The position numbers and the translations under genes were made by a program. Source: an uncultured delta proteobacterium (GTDB taxonomy: Bacteria > Desulfobacterota > Syntrophobacteria > Syntrophobacterales > Syntrophobacteraceae). Taken from it: a stretch of DNA of 29,780 nt. Below the pieces are notes generated by a model, which worked only from the letters and a program-made list of their open reading frames with translations, was not told the origin of the DNA and ran no database searches. Numbering within the stretch: the stretch's first letter is position 1; each line of letters opens with the position of its first letter. Where the stretch lies: assembly GCA_963808625.1 (NCBI GenBank), contig CAWEHK010000007.1:1-29780 (forward strand), given 5' to 3'. Positions 18,001 through 28,497 of this stretch are shown here, in pieces.

Positions 18001-18911
18001 ATGCAGTTGGATCTGATCGTGAATTTCGCTCCCACCGGGATGATTCCGACCAAACAGTTGACTCCTCACGTACCGATCAGTGTCAGCGAAATCGTGGCAG
18101 AGGTCCACGAAGCCTATGAAATTGGGATTACCATGGTTCACCTTCACGCCCGGGACGAGCGCTCAGGAGAACCCACCTACAAGGCTGAGGTTTACCGGGA
18201 AATCATGGAGGGGATTCGGCGGTTTACCAAGGACTTGGTGGTGGGCGTGTCATTGAGCGGCCGTACCTTTCGGGAATTGGAGAAACGAACGGAGGTGCTG
18301 CAACTCGAAGGCCCCTTGAAACCGGATATGGGCAGTCTGACCTTGAGCTCGGTCAACTTTAACCGGGAGGCCAGTGTGAGTTCCCCGACATGATCCAAGC
18401 CCTCGCCGGAGAGATGAAGCACCGGGGGGTCCTGGCCGAATTGGAAGCATTCGATGTGGGCATGATTAACTACGCCAAGTACCTGGAGAAGAAGGACCTG
18501 TTGGCAGCTCCGCACTACTTCAACCTGGTGCTGGGTAACACGGCGTGTGCTCAGGCGGACCTCCTGCATGCGGGACTGATGGTCCGCGACTTGCCCCCGA
18601 ACTCCTACTGGAGTATGGCAGGAATCGGCAATGCCCAACTGATGATGAATGCTGTCGCAATTGCTGCCGCCGGGGGAGTGAGAGTCGGTTTGGAAGACAA
18701 CATCTGGTATGATCCAGGCCGCACCAGACTGGCCCGCAACGCCGATCTGATAAGGCGCATTCATCGTCTGGCCGATGCCAACGAGAGAAAAATCATGGCT
18801 CCTGTTCGGCTCAGGCAGTTGCTCCACCTGGAGCCGGGGCATGGACGGTATGGCAGGAGATGCCGGACGGAAAAGAATGTCCCCGAGCCATGCAGCAAAC
18901 AAGCTTGGTGA
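18001..18911 (+). CDS. Beta-keto acid cleavage enzyme family (Kce/BKACE, DUF849); frameshift in C4 run at 18383-18386
   Basis: APTGMIPTK..TPHVP, MVHLHARD (HxH), PDMGSL, ELEAFDVG, GGVRVGLEDN, ARNADLI; one added C restores SSPDMIQ. Confidence 0.92.
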
Positions 18912-18916
18912 ATTTG

Positions 18917-20209
18917 TCAATTCATTCTCTCCCGACGGAATAATCCAAGCGGTGTGGAATCTTCATCAACCGGCAGCTCAACGAAACAGGTCCGGGGCAG
19001 CTCATTCACCGGTTTTTGCCAGGCGGGCGACGCGACCACATAGAGTTGGTGAAGCCCGGGTGTCAACAGGGAACGAACAATCATCCGAGCATGGCCCGCA
19101 GATACCGGTCTGCGGCTTTCAATCATCGTCAGTACCGACAGACTCTTCTGGTCGAGAAAAACAAGGGGCGTGGACGACAGGAAAGAAGCGACCGGCTCAT
19201 TTAACCGCGGCCAGTATACCAAAAAATCATACCGGTTGTCAGGCTTCGCCGCAAGCTGCATCCCCCATTTGCGCTTGTACCTCAGCACCCCGTCGTTGAG
19301 CATTGGACGAGATCCACCGAAATTGATCCTTTTGCATCCAGCCTGACGAGCATATTCCACAGCGTAGTAGTAGAGGGCCGCTATCCCTCCCGCTTTAACC
19401 GGCGCCCATTTCCCATTCGCCGTGCCTTCTGCCAGCAAATGCAGCACTTCACCATGCTGCTCAAAAAGCATACCGGTGATCCGCTGGCCCTCCCGGACGG
19501 CCCATAAAAGACCCCCTTCCTGAAAGCTGCGGCGTATCTGATGTACATTGCGCAGAACTGCCTGATCTCCATACCGCATGAGAATGAAGGGAACGTACAT
19601 CGTCTGGTAAAATAGTTCGAAGTCTGCCCACGAATGAGAAACCAGGGAGGTAAGGCCATTACGGCTTATCAGGCGCAGATCTTTAGCAACACTGTGGCTG
19701 GCATGAATCAAGTCCGCAGGATCATTGGGTACGGTCAGCCAGGCGTCAACCCACTCCGGTACAATCAAATAATCGTGATCAAAAAAAAGCTTAGCCGAAA
19801 ACCGATCCACGCGGGCAATAGTCAAGTCGGCACAAGCCCGAAGACGCTTCAAAGTGCGGCATAGCTCCCAGATCGGGACCTTGGCGACCAAGTCTCGGTG
19901 AGGCTGTTCTTTAAAGAAGCGATTAGCCAGATAGCCAACCCGGGCTTCGGGGCCGGCAATAATGACGGTCGCGAACTCGTCGGAAAACCTGCTTGGACCC
20001 TTGAGTATGGTGATCGAATGCAAACAATTATAACATGGCAACAGATAGGGAAGGAATCGACCGAAAGCCCTTATGACTATGGCAGGCAAACATTCCTGCA
20101 TCCTTCCAAGCATCTCAGGCACGAGAACTGTCGCATCAACCCCGACCGTCACTGCTAAGGAACCTCCCTCCTTTCGGTTCCACACCGTTCGGCAAGTTAC
20201 CTCCCTCAT
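18917..20209 (-). CDS. GNAT-fold (Acetyltransf_6/FemAB-like) protein
   Basis: DFELFYQTMYVP, ALYYYAVEYARQAGCKRINFGGSRPMLNDGVLRYKRKWG pattern; GGAG RBS. Confidence 0.72.
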   Translation of the reverse strand: MREVTCRTVWNRKEGGSLAVTVGVDATVLVPEMLGRMQECLPAIVIRAFGRFLPYLLPCYNCLHSITILKGPSRFSDEFATVIIAGPEARVGYLANRFFKEQPHRDLVAKVPIWELCRTLKRLRACADLTIARVDRFSAKLFFDHDYLIVPEWVDAWLTVPNDPADLIHASHSVAKDLRLISRNGLTSLVSHSWADFELFYQTMYVPFILMRYGDQAVLRNVHQIRRSFQEGGLLWAVREGQRITGMLFEQHGEVLHLLAEGTANGKWAPVKAGGIAALYYYAVEYARQAGCKRINFGGSRPMLNDGVLRYKRKWGMQLAAKPDNRYDFLVYWPRLNEPVASFLSSTPLVFLDQKSLSVLTMIESRRPVSAGHARMIVRSLLTPGLHQLYVVASPAWQKPVNELPRTCFVELPVDEDSTPLGLFRRERMN

Positions 20210-20615
20210 GTATCTACTCCAGAAAAGATAGCGCTCGATGAATTATGGGACATTCAGCTAATGACTTCAAGAATAAGTTTATGGCGCAGCTGATTCGATT
20301 TCAGCCTCGTCGAAACCCGGAGGCTAAAATCAAAAATGGCCATAACTTAACAACTGAACCATGTTGAAGGTGTGAGCTGTTTATTGACGATATGCTTGCT
20401 TTATAGACAGTTCTTCAACCGTTGATTCTTCGGTGAACAGGGCAGGTATAGACACTCTTCAAAGATGATTTATCTCATCAAATGCCAAAAAATCGGCACG
20501 TGAATGTCCTTGACGGCATCCATGACAGCTGATATCCAAAAGCCTCAAAGAGTTTTATTTCATCTCGCTCCAAATGGACATTCGGGGCGAAATTCGCTGA
20601 AACAAGGGGAACTCT

Positions 20616-22562
20616 GTGTGTGGGATTGCAGGAATCTACCGAAGACAAGTCCCGGACCCATCCGATCCGTCGCGCCTGATCGCCATGAGCGGATATCTTG
20701 TTCATCGCGGCCCGGACGACTTTGGCTATCTGCTGCTCGATAGCCGTGACGGGACGTTTGAACTGGGGCAAGGAGACTTCAATCCAGGGTCCCCGGACGT
20801 ATGCTTGGGTCACCGGCGGCTGTCCATCATTGATTTGTCGCCGCAAGGTCGTCAGCCCATGTCCAACGAGACCCACGATATTTTCGTAGCCTTCAACGGG
20901 GAGATCTTCAACTACCTCGAATTGCGTGACGAGCTCACGGCTAAGGGTCATCGCTTCCGCACTCAGAGCGACACGGAGGTGATCGTCCATGCTTACGAGC
21001 AATGGGGTTCGGATTGTGTGACGAGGTTCAATGGCATGTGGGCGCTGGTGGTTTGGGATCAGCGTCGGAGGGAGATGCTCTGCTCGCGCGATCGGTTCGG
21101 TATCAAGCCATTCTACTACTATCTCGACGATTCTGTCTTTCTGTTCGCTTCGGAAGTCAAAGGAATTCTTCCCGCTTTGAACGGCCGCCCCAGTGCCGAT
21201 TACCCCGTCCTGGGTGACTATCTCATCGACGGATCGCTCTGCCGGACCGAAGATACCTTCTTCGAGGGCATTAAGAGGCTCTCGCCTGCGCACAACCTGA
21301 TCGTTTCGGCGACAGAGATCAGGACACACCAATATTGGAGCTGTCAGACCCGAAGCCAACCTTATGATGAAGAGCAACCGGTAAGGACATTTCGCGATCT
21401 CCTTGGCGACGCGGTACAACTGCGGCTGCGGAGTGATGTCCCGGTGGGGATTGCGCTGAGCGGCGGCGTGGACTCAAGCTCGATCCTCGGTCTTGCCAGC
21501 GGCCTAACGGGCCCTACCCGCTTAAAGGCTTTCACGGCCATCTTCCCTGGTGAGAGTTTCGACGAGCTTGAATACGCACGGATCGCCTCCGAAGCAACCG
21601 GCTCCGAGCTCTTCTGCATCGACTATCAGCCGCAGCGTTTCCTGGAGGACCTGAGGCAGGTTATCTGGAGCATGGACTACCCGGCACTGGAAGGTCAGGT
21701 CCTGTCTCGCTGGGAGATCATGCGCCTGGCCAGCCGTCACGTGAAAGTCATTCTCGAAGGACAGGGAGCCGACGAGATGTTGGCGGGATATGTCGTCAGA
21801 TATTTCGCTCCCTATTTGTTCGACGAGCTAACCGGTAGAGCGCTGCGAAAGAGCGGGCTGAGCTTCCGCGAAGTGTTTGGTTCCTGCCGAGACATATATC
21901 ACCGGTACGGGCGGCGTGCGTCTAAGGAACTACTTCGTCAGCTTGTGCCACGATCGTTCTCTCACCGCGCCCTTCGCAACCTCTGGGCCTCTAACCGCGT
22001 GTACACGCAGGAATTCTCACGCCTGACTCCAGGGCGGCGGGAACCGCTGGCGGAAGGACCCTTCGGTGACCGCCTGACCAACCGGTTACACTTCGATTTG
22101 ACGACAGGAACTCTGCCGGGGTTGCTGAAATTTGGGGATGCGCTCAGCATGGCTTTTTCGGTCGAATCGCGTCTGCCTTTTCTGGATCACCGTCTGGTCG
22201 AGTTCGTCTTTGGTCTGCCTGCGCATCACAAGCTGCGGGGATCGCAGTCCAAAGGCATTTTGCGCCAAGCCATGGCGGCCATCATTCCCGACCAGATTCG
22301 GTGCAGGACCGACAAGATCGGTTTTCAAACGCCACTTGCCCGCTGGCTGGGCGGATGTATGGAAGACAGTGTGCGCCCGCTGCTGCTCTCAAAGCGATGC
22401 AGAGAGAGAGGTATTTTCGATGAGAACAGAATCGAGAAGCTGCTCACCAGGCAAGCCTGCGGTCAAGTCGGTGTAGCGTATTCCATTTTCCGCTGGGTGT
22501 CCGTCGAGCTCTGGTTTCGGCTCTTCATCGATGGGGAACCCCTGGCCAGTGGCCGTGATTAA
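20616..22562 (+). CDS. asnB: Asparagine synthase (glutamine-hydrolysing) family amidotransferase, probably glycan-modifying
   Basis: GTG start giving MCGIAG (Ntn Cys), [57 protein letters not shown]. Confidence 0.93.
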   Translation: MCGIAGIYRRQVPDPSDPSRLIAMSGYLVHRGPDDFGYLLLDSRDGTFELGQGDFNPGSPDVCLGHRRLSIIDLSPQGRQPMSNETHDIFVAFNGEIFNYLELRDELTAKGHRFRTQSDTEVIVHAYEQWGSDCVTRFNGMWALVVWDQRRREMLCSRDRFGIKPFYYYLDDSVFLFASEVKGILPALNGRPSADYPVLGDYLIDGSLCRTEDTFFEGIKRLSPAHNLIVSATEIRTHQYWSCQTRSQPYDEEQPVRTFRDLLGDAVQLRLRSDVPVGIALSGGVDSSSILGLASGLTGPTRLKAFTAIFPGESFDELEYARIASEATGSELFCIDYQPQRFLEDLRQVIWSMDYPALEGQVLSRWEIMRLASRHVKVILEGQGADEMLAGYVVRYFAPYLFDELTGRALRKSGLSFREVFGSCRDIYHRYGRRASKELLRQLVPRSFSHRALRNLWASNRVYTQEFSRLTPGRREPLAEGPFGDRLTNRLHFDLTTGTLPGLLKFGDALSMAFSVESRLPFLDHRLVEFVFGLPAHHKLRGSQSKGILRQAMAAIIPDQIRCRTDKIGFQTPLARWLGGCMEDSVRPLLLSKRCRERGIFDENRIEKLLTRQACGQVGVAYSIFRWVSVELWFRLFIDGEPLASGRD

Positions 22563-22730
22563 GTTGTCCAGGCTGACATTCATTTCGCCATCGAGCACTC
22601 TGCCGCTCCAAGTCAACCGAATCCAATGCGCATAGGCCGTGGCTGAGTATTGGCACGGCTGTTCGGGTTTTCGAGGCGGCAGCTTCGCTTACGCGGCAGC
22701 GTCATACGAAGCGGGGTTGATAAGAGGAGC

Positions 22731-22835
22731 TAGTTCTCATCCGGAAAGTGTCACCTTGCACTGTAGGGGCTTCCAGCCCCGGTCGCGGCTGGAAGCCCCT
22801 GGGAATTTTACCTACAAAATGGGGTTTCCGGGTGG
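22731..22835. repeat. GTAG-type REP/REPIN-like element, copy 2 (inverted relative to copy 1)
   Basis: TTCTCATCCGGAAAGTG..TGTAGGGGCTTCCAGCCCCGG..GGCTGGAAGCCCCT..CCTACAAAATGGGGTTTCCGG matches the reverse complement of 2611-2714 with small indels. Confidence 0.85.
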
Positions 22836-23158
22836 CGGCGAGATAGACTCATTCTTGCAGACCCTGAAATAGTAGCCTTTATGATTCCGACAGAATAAAG
22901 CCTTTCCGGTGTTGTGTCCCGCAAGCTTCTCAATTTTGAGATTCAGCTGCTCAACGAGAAATTTAAACGGCGAAATATTAATTTGCCTGGGCGAGTAAAT
23001 ATGGGCGTTCGCTTTCATGCCCCCCAAGGAGCTCCCAGTAGCACAGAACTCAAAAAACCCCCTCCTGATCTGTTGATTCAGGGATCCTGTGCAACCCATC
23101 AACAAGTCCTCTTCTTTTGTTGAGCAAGGCCGCCATGAAAGTGGTGAAAGCTTGGCAT

Positions 23159-23236
23159 CTACGCCAGGGTTTCACCTTTCATCAAATAGAGCGAAATGAT
23201 CTCGGCGAGTGTCAGGCGGATATCAGGGACTGTGTC
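23159..23236 (-). pseudogene. Fragment of a second WYL-regulator gene
   Basis: Translates to DTVPDIRLTLAEIISLYLMKGETLA*, versus TLPDIRLTLPELISLYLMKGE in the WYL gene at 26394-27438 (18 of 21 residues identical by manual count). Confidence 0.8.
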
Positions 23237-23452
23237 GCCGGCAAATCAGCCGGAATCATAGTGAGTTGTGATGATGTCCTTGTCTGAAGACTCAAACAGA
23301 TCGAAAATATTGAAGTCCAGGCCAAGGGCCTGTTCGAGCTCATCTCGAGGGAGATATTGTGCATGATGACAGCAACCACCGATCTGACTCCGGCGGAGAT
23401 ACGATTACAGCCCCTCGTTTGATCTTCTGGAATTAAGAGGAGGACTGAAACA

Positions 23453-24263
23453 TTGTCCGATCACAAGAGACTCTACACGCCAGTCAGAGGGAAAACGTAC
23501 TCGCTGTTTGCGCGAGGGCGACGATAGCGAGCGTTACTTTGCCGAAATAAAGCACCTGGCGGATCTGTTCCTCCAACGCTGTCCTGATGAAGGAAAACTC
23601 TTGGGCCTGATCCGGAAGGCGGCAAAGATCCCCTTTCTTGAAGGCTGGAAAGCCTCCAGGGCCGATCGAAAGACCATTCAATTGGTGAAAGAGACACTCA
23701 GGCAGTTTTTGTCTATCTATACCCAGGATGTTTCGCACCACCTGCAAAGCTTGCCTCTGGCGAAGAGGTTCGACAGCACTCTTTCGACGAAGGAAGAAAA
23801 ATACCACCTCTACATGATCGAGATCGAGCTGGTGAACAGAATCTACAGGGAAGCGTTCAAACGATCTGAATACAAGTTCGCACTCATCGCTCATTGCCTT
23901 CGTGACTTCAGGCCGGGGTGCCGATCAGTAAGGGGTGACATCGAGGCGGTGTGCAGCGGTTGCACCGAGGAATGCTTCGTTCGCCTGGGAAGTGTCCTCC
24001 TTGAGAAATACGGGATCAAACCCTATATTTCCGTAGAAATGGACCAGGCAAAACTCTTTGCAAGACTAAAGCAGGAACACCCCAGCATCGGTGCTCTGGG
24101 AATCGCATGCATCCCGGAACTGGCGATGGGCATGAGGCTATGCATCCGCACCGGCATCCCAGCCCTCGGAATTCCATTGAATGCGAACCGATGCGCCAGG
24201 TGGATGTCGCAGGCTAACGAGACCTCTTTCAATCTCGAGCAACTTGAAAAACTGCTCATCTGA
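23453..24263 (+). CDS. DUF116 family Cys-rich protein (probable frameshift near 23512)
   Basis: HCLRD..C, CSGC..EC, LGIACIPELAMG, GIPLNANRC. GAGGAGG precedes TTG 23453 (LSDHKRLYTPVRGKTYSLF), which is out of frame with the main ORF. Confidence 0.75.
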
Positions 24264-24307
24264 GCACCGATTATAGTTGTGCAGGTTTGGATCTTTCACT
24301 TTTGTAT

Positions 24308-24381
24308 TCACCGCAGAGACGCAGAGAGCGCAGAGAAAGCTCACAAACGGAGTCTCTGCGTCCTCTGCGTCTCTGCGATGA
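24308..24381. repeat. Inverted repeat built of CGCAGAG units (REP-like hairpin between convergent genes)
   Basis: TCACCGCAGAGACGCAGAGAGCGCAGAGA pairs with TCTCTGCGTCCTCTGCGTCTCTGCGATGA. Confidence 0.85.
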
Positions 24382-24436
24382 GAATTAAGCTTTTCATCTT
24401 CAACGACCAATGATTGTTCCGGGACATCCTCCTGCT

Positions 24437-24898
24437 TCACTGAATCTTTGGCATGAGGGCCCACTTGATGAACCAGGCGGGTTTGTCCGGGTCCATATCG
24501 AGACAGACGATGCCGCCGTTTTGGAACTTGAAGACAAGGCGTTCGCCAGATCCCGTGATAAGGGTGGACGTCAGTCGTTCCATAAATGGCAGGTGGCCGA
24601 CGAGCATCAAGTCCTCCCTGCTGTTCGAAGCGGTGGCAAGCGGCCCCACATCGTCCAAAGGATTCAGCCCTCCACGCTCTTGTACACCTTTTTCGGGCCG
24701 CAGAGCGGCGGCAAAGATCTCAGCGGTTTGCCGGGCTCGTTTCTTCCCGCTGTGGGCAATGCAGGAGGGCCGGACCCCGTATCCCTTGGCCACGGCTGCG
24801 ATCCGTTCGGTATCGGCGATTCCCTCTCCCGAAAGACCCTGCTCGGGGTCCTCGTCCTTGGCCAGGCTCTTGCCGTGTTGAACCAGAAAAAGCGCCAT
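24437..24898 (-). CDS. sixA: Phosphohistidine phosphatase SixA
   Basis: LFLVQHG (RHG variant), HSGKKRARQTA, LNPLDD, LVGHLP; GGAGG RBS. Confidence 0.88.
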   Translation of the reverse strand: MALFLVQHGKSLAKDEDPEQGLSGEGIADTERIAAVAKGYGVRPSCIAHSGKKRARQTAEIFAAALRPEKGVQERGGLNPLDDVGPLATASNSREDLMLVGHLPFMERLTSTLITGSGERLVFKFQNGGIVCLDMDPDKPAWFIKWALMPKIQ

Positions 24899-24936
24899 AA
24901 TCCGTCCTCCTATCGTCCTGGGTCAGGTAAGAAGTA

Positions 24937-24959
24937 GTGCTGGGTGCTGAGTGCTGAGT
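24937..24959. repeat. Heptamer tandem repeat GTGCTG(G/A) x3
   Basis: GTGCTGG GTGCTGA GTGCTGA GT immediately left of the IS target site. Confidence 0.7.
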
Positions 24960-24975
24960 AAGAGCTAATAATTCC

Positions 24976-26303
24976 CAGTGATGTCCGGTTAGGAAATTGC
25001 ATGAAACAAGGTGTAAAAAAATGTTAAAAAACAACAGGTTGCCCCACTTTTTTACTTGACATTTCAATTAAGGTGTGGGTCGCGGTCATTATCGGAAAAT
25101 CCTATATTTCTAAGGAGTTACGAAAATGCCGAAGACATTTCCACCCTTACGACCGTAAGTACGCTGCGCCAAGTTTTGATGAGCTCTTCAAACCAACTGA
25201 AATCACCCTTGCTACGGCTAATCCCCTTGGTGGCAAGAGGGAACCGACCCTTGCAGATGAACTTCGAACAACAACTCAGAGCATTGGTTTACTTTCATCA
25301 CGAGGAACACACCTCTGGGCGGCATCTAATCCAGGCTCTCGAAGAGGACGACTTCGCCCGCAATCACATTGCGCCTCCCGATGGCATCCAGAAGAGCAGT
25401 TTTTTCGAGGCCATTAACAATCGCGGTCTTGAACAGCTTGGTCACGTGTACCAGCAACTTCAGAACCAAGCCTCTGCTGTTCTACCCGCCCAGCACAAGG
25501 AACTTGGTGAACTGGTAGGCATTGACGGCTCGCTCATCCAGGCTGTCCTCTCTATGTACTGGGCTGACTACCGTGACGGTTCAAAGAAAGCCAAAGTCCA
25601 TGTTGGCTTTGACATCAATCGTGGCATTCCCTCCAAAATCTTTCTCACTGACGGTAAGGAGGGGGAGCGCCCCTTTGTGGCCATGATCCTCTCACCTGGT
25701 CAGACTGGTGTCATGGACCGGGGCTATCAGTGCCACAATAGCTTTGATCAATGGCAAACCGACGGCAAGCACTTCGTCTGCCGTATCAAGGCAAATACCA
25801 AGATAACCTGCATTCAAATGAACCCGGTCCCAACCAACAGCATCGTCTTCTACGATGCTATCGTTCTGCTCGGGACTCCAGGTATTATCTGGACACATAA
25901 GCCACTCCGCTTTGTTGGATACCGCTCCATAACGTAGACTACTGGGTGCGACCGATCGACATGATCTCTCTGCCGAGAAGATCGCGTTAATCTATAAACC
26001 GCGTTGGCAAATCGAGAACTTTTTTGCCTGGTGGAAACGTCACCTGAAGGTCTATCACCTTATCGCAAGGACAGAGTACGGGTTGATGGTGCAGATTCTC
26101 TCCGGACTTATTACCTATCTGCTACTAGCCATCTATTGCCATAATCACGACCGGGAAATGGTCAGCATCAAGAGAGTAAGAGAACTCCGGATAAGAATCA
26201 AGAATGAGCTTCGCGATTCCCAACAAAAAGCTCCGATTCCTTCGGATTTCAAAGAGCAAGCGAGGAGACAGCTTAATTGCAAAAACCTAACCGGACATCA
26301 CTG
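24976..26303 (+). mobile_element. IS4-family insertion sequence, 1328 bp
   Basis: Perfect 18-bp terminal IRs CAGTGATGTCCGGTTAGG / CCTAACCGGACATCACTG; 9-bp direct repeat AATAATTCC at 24967-24975 and 26304-26312. Confidence 0.95.
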
Positions 26304-26304
26304 A
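25126..26304 (+). CDS. IS4-family DDE transposase (apparent frameshifts near 25133, 25228 and 25927-25948)
   Basis: GIDGSLI, KAKVHVGFD, VMDRGY, FVCRIK, YKPRWQIENFFAWWK (YREK motif); AAGGAG RBS before ATG 25126. Confidence 0.9.
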
Positions 26305-26393
26305 ATAATTCCGGTTCATTTTCATCCTTTGCGGGTGCCGCTCCCGCCATGACAATTTCGGAGCAACCTCTTCATGCGCATCGACCCTGACAG

Positions 26394-27438
26394 TCATGGG
26401 AAAGCTTTTCGATCGGGAGGATTCTCGGAAGTCAGGTACCGGCCGACACAGCTCTGGAGCTCTTCCAGGATTTCCTCCCGCATCTCCTGTGGTTCCAGCA
26501 CTTCCGCATGCATCCCATACGAAAGCACCCATCGTTTGACATCCAACCAGCCGCAAGTTTCCATCTCCAGGATGATCGAGCCTTCTGCATGGTTTTCCGT
26601 GATGCGCTGATTGGGCGCCCAGATGCGTTCCCTGATGTATGGGGCAACTTCCTTGGAGAACTTGATCTTCACTTGGATGGGCTTGTCGAAAATGATGCCG
26701 AAGGCTGAGCTGAGCAGTTTCTCGGGATCGAAGCCTTCAGGATAATCGAAGGGAATATCGGTTACCTCCAGCCGCTCGATCCGCTCGACCGCCAGGGTGC
26801 GGATGCCATCATAGGCGGTGATGTAGGCAAAGATATAGAGGCCGCCGTTGTTTTCAAAAAACTTGAGCGGATCGAGCTCATAGTCCCTCTTTTTCCCGGA
26901 ACGGAAGGAGTGATATTTGACCGCACAGCGCTTCTGCTCGATCATCCCCCGCCGCAGACCGTCGATGATCTTCTCCTTGCCGGTATAATTCTTGGCGAAC
27001 TTGCCGGACGGCACAAACAGCGTGCGAATCTTCTCCAGTTGCCGAGAAAAACCTTCAGGCATAAAGAATGACATTTTGGCAAAAGCCGAATTGGCCAATT
27101 TCTCGATCTCCGTGCCGTGAAAGAGCTGGGCTTCGCCTTTCATCAGATAGAGGGAGATAAGTTCGGGAAGCGTAAGCCGGATGTCGGGGAGGGTGATGTT
27201 GGGAAGTTTCATCACATAGGTGTCCACCATCCGCCAGGTCTTCTCGCCGGAGAGGGCTGTCCTGATCGTCGTAAACGGGGAAATTCAATTCCTCCAACAA
27301 CCCGAGCAGCCGTTTCACGGTCCTTTTGTCGACCCCGAGGTGATCGGCCAGTTCCTGTTTGGTCGCTCCCGCTGGGGTGCTCAACAAATCGACTGCCCTT
27401 AACATCCTCACCATCAGTTCGCCGTACATTGCGGTCAT
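26394..27438 (-). CDS. HTH-WYL-WCX transcriptional regulator (frameshift near 27250)
   Basis: N-terminal HTH (TKQELADHLGVDKRTVKRLL); WYL core YHS..LDPL..GGLYIFAY..IRTLAVERI; WCX YIRERIW..WVLSYGMHAEVLEPQEMREEI. Confidence 0.92.
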
Positions 27439-27524
27439 CCTCTGCCGGGGAAGGATCGCTTAGAAAAACGTTTGAGGCCCGTGCCGCAGCCGGGGAAGAA
27501 ATTCTATCAGATTTCTTTCTCCAC

Positions 27525-27541
27525 GCGACAGGAATTGTCGC
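27525..27541. promoter_or_regulatory. Palindromic operator GCGACA-N5-TGTCGC, candidate WYL-regulator binding site
   Basis: Perfect 6-bp arms in the divergent region. It covers the -35 position of a minus-strand TG-N-TAGAAT element (27501-27509). Confidence 0.65.
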
Positions 27542-27785
27542 ACCAGGGATGACATGGTAATTGGGAATCGAACTGCCGGGGATGACTTAGGGATTACCAC
27601 CATGCGGAGCTCCAAGGTCCCCGGCGACTATCCATTATGCCTCTTTCCCAATCGCTCAGCATCCCCGATTTTGCCAATGGGAAGACGGATTTGGTTTTGA
27701 CTGCCACAGGTAAGGGGGTATACAGAAAATCAGAACAACCGATTGAAATGAACAGGAAGATCTCTGACAAGGATTGAAACACACC

Positions 27786-28478
27786 ATGAAGACCATCGGG
27801 CTTATCGGCGGCATGAGTTGGGAATCAACCGTTGAGTATTATCGGATCATCAATCAGGAAGTGGGCAGAAGGCTTGGAGGACTCCATTCAGCCAAGATCC
27901 TTATGTACTCAGTTGATTTTGGAGAACTGGAACCATTGATGCGGGAAGGAAAATGGGAAGAAATCGGCGGTCACGTTGCGGGAATTGCCAAGACCCTTGA
28001 GGGTGGCGGTGCGGATGTCATCCTTCTTTGCACCAACACCGTCCACAAAGTTGCCAGTTGGATCGAAAACGCAATCACGGTTCCCTTCATTCATATTGCC
28101 GATGCAGCGGGAGAAGAAATTTCCAGAAAGGGAATGAAGAAGGTTGCTCTTCTTGGGACTCGCTACACGATGGAAGGCGATTTCTACAGGGATCGGCTGA
28201 CTGAAAAGTTTGGGCTTTCCGTCCTTATTCCTCCCGATGAAAAAAGGGGCATCGTCAATGACGTGATCTTCAATGAATTGTGCAAAGGGGTCATCAATCA
28301 ATCATCAAAGGATCAGTTCAGGGCGGTCATTAATCAATTGGTCACACGGGGAGCGGAAGGGATCATCTTGGGCTGTACGGAGATCCCCATGTTGATCAAG
28401 GAAGGCGACTGTCCCGTACCCCTTTTTGACACCACTTCGATCCACGCTGTTCGTGCGGTTGATTATGCATTGGGTTAA
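27786..28478 (+). CDS. Aspartate/glutamate racemase family protein (YgeA/RacX-like)
   Basis: MKTIGLIGGMSWESTVEYYR, LGGLHSA, LCTNTVH, LLGTRYTME, ILGCTEI, FDTT. Confidence 0.93.
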   Translation: MKTIGLIGGMSWESTVEYYRIINQEVGRRLGGLHSAKILMYSVDFGELEPLMREGKWEEIGGHVAGIAKTLEGGGADVILLCTNTVHKVASWIENAITVPFIHIADAAGEEISRKGMKKVALLGTRYTMEGDFYRDRLTEKFGLSVLIPPDEKRGIVNDVIFNELCKGVINQSSKDQFRAVINQLVTRGAEGIILGCTEIPMLIKEGDCPVPLFDTTSIHAVRAVDYALG

Positions 28479-28497
28479 GGAACCGTTGGATGGATTC

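Noticed and set aside
20478..21419. 313-aa minus-strand ORF
   Set aside because: Lies antisense to the well-supported asnB-family gene and has no recognisable motifs.
20616..22562. Lasso-peptide cyclase interpretation of the AsnB homolog
   Set aside because: It has an intact N-terminal Cys glutaminase domain, and no B1/B2 proteins or precursor peptide are visible nearby.
22651..22665. Sigma54-like TGGCAC element
   Set aside because: The -12 position reads TTCG rather than TTGC, and no clear downstream gene depends on it.
26313..26356. Possible further miniature repeat to the right of the IS (TCATTTTCATCCTTTGCGGG...)
   Set aside because: Only one copy in the window and a weak hairpin; needs a genome-wide search.
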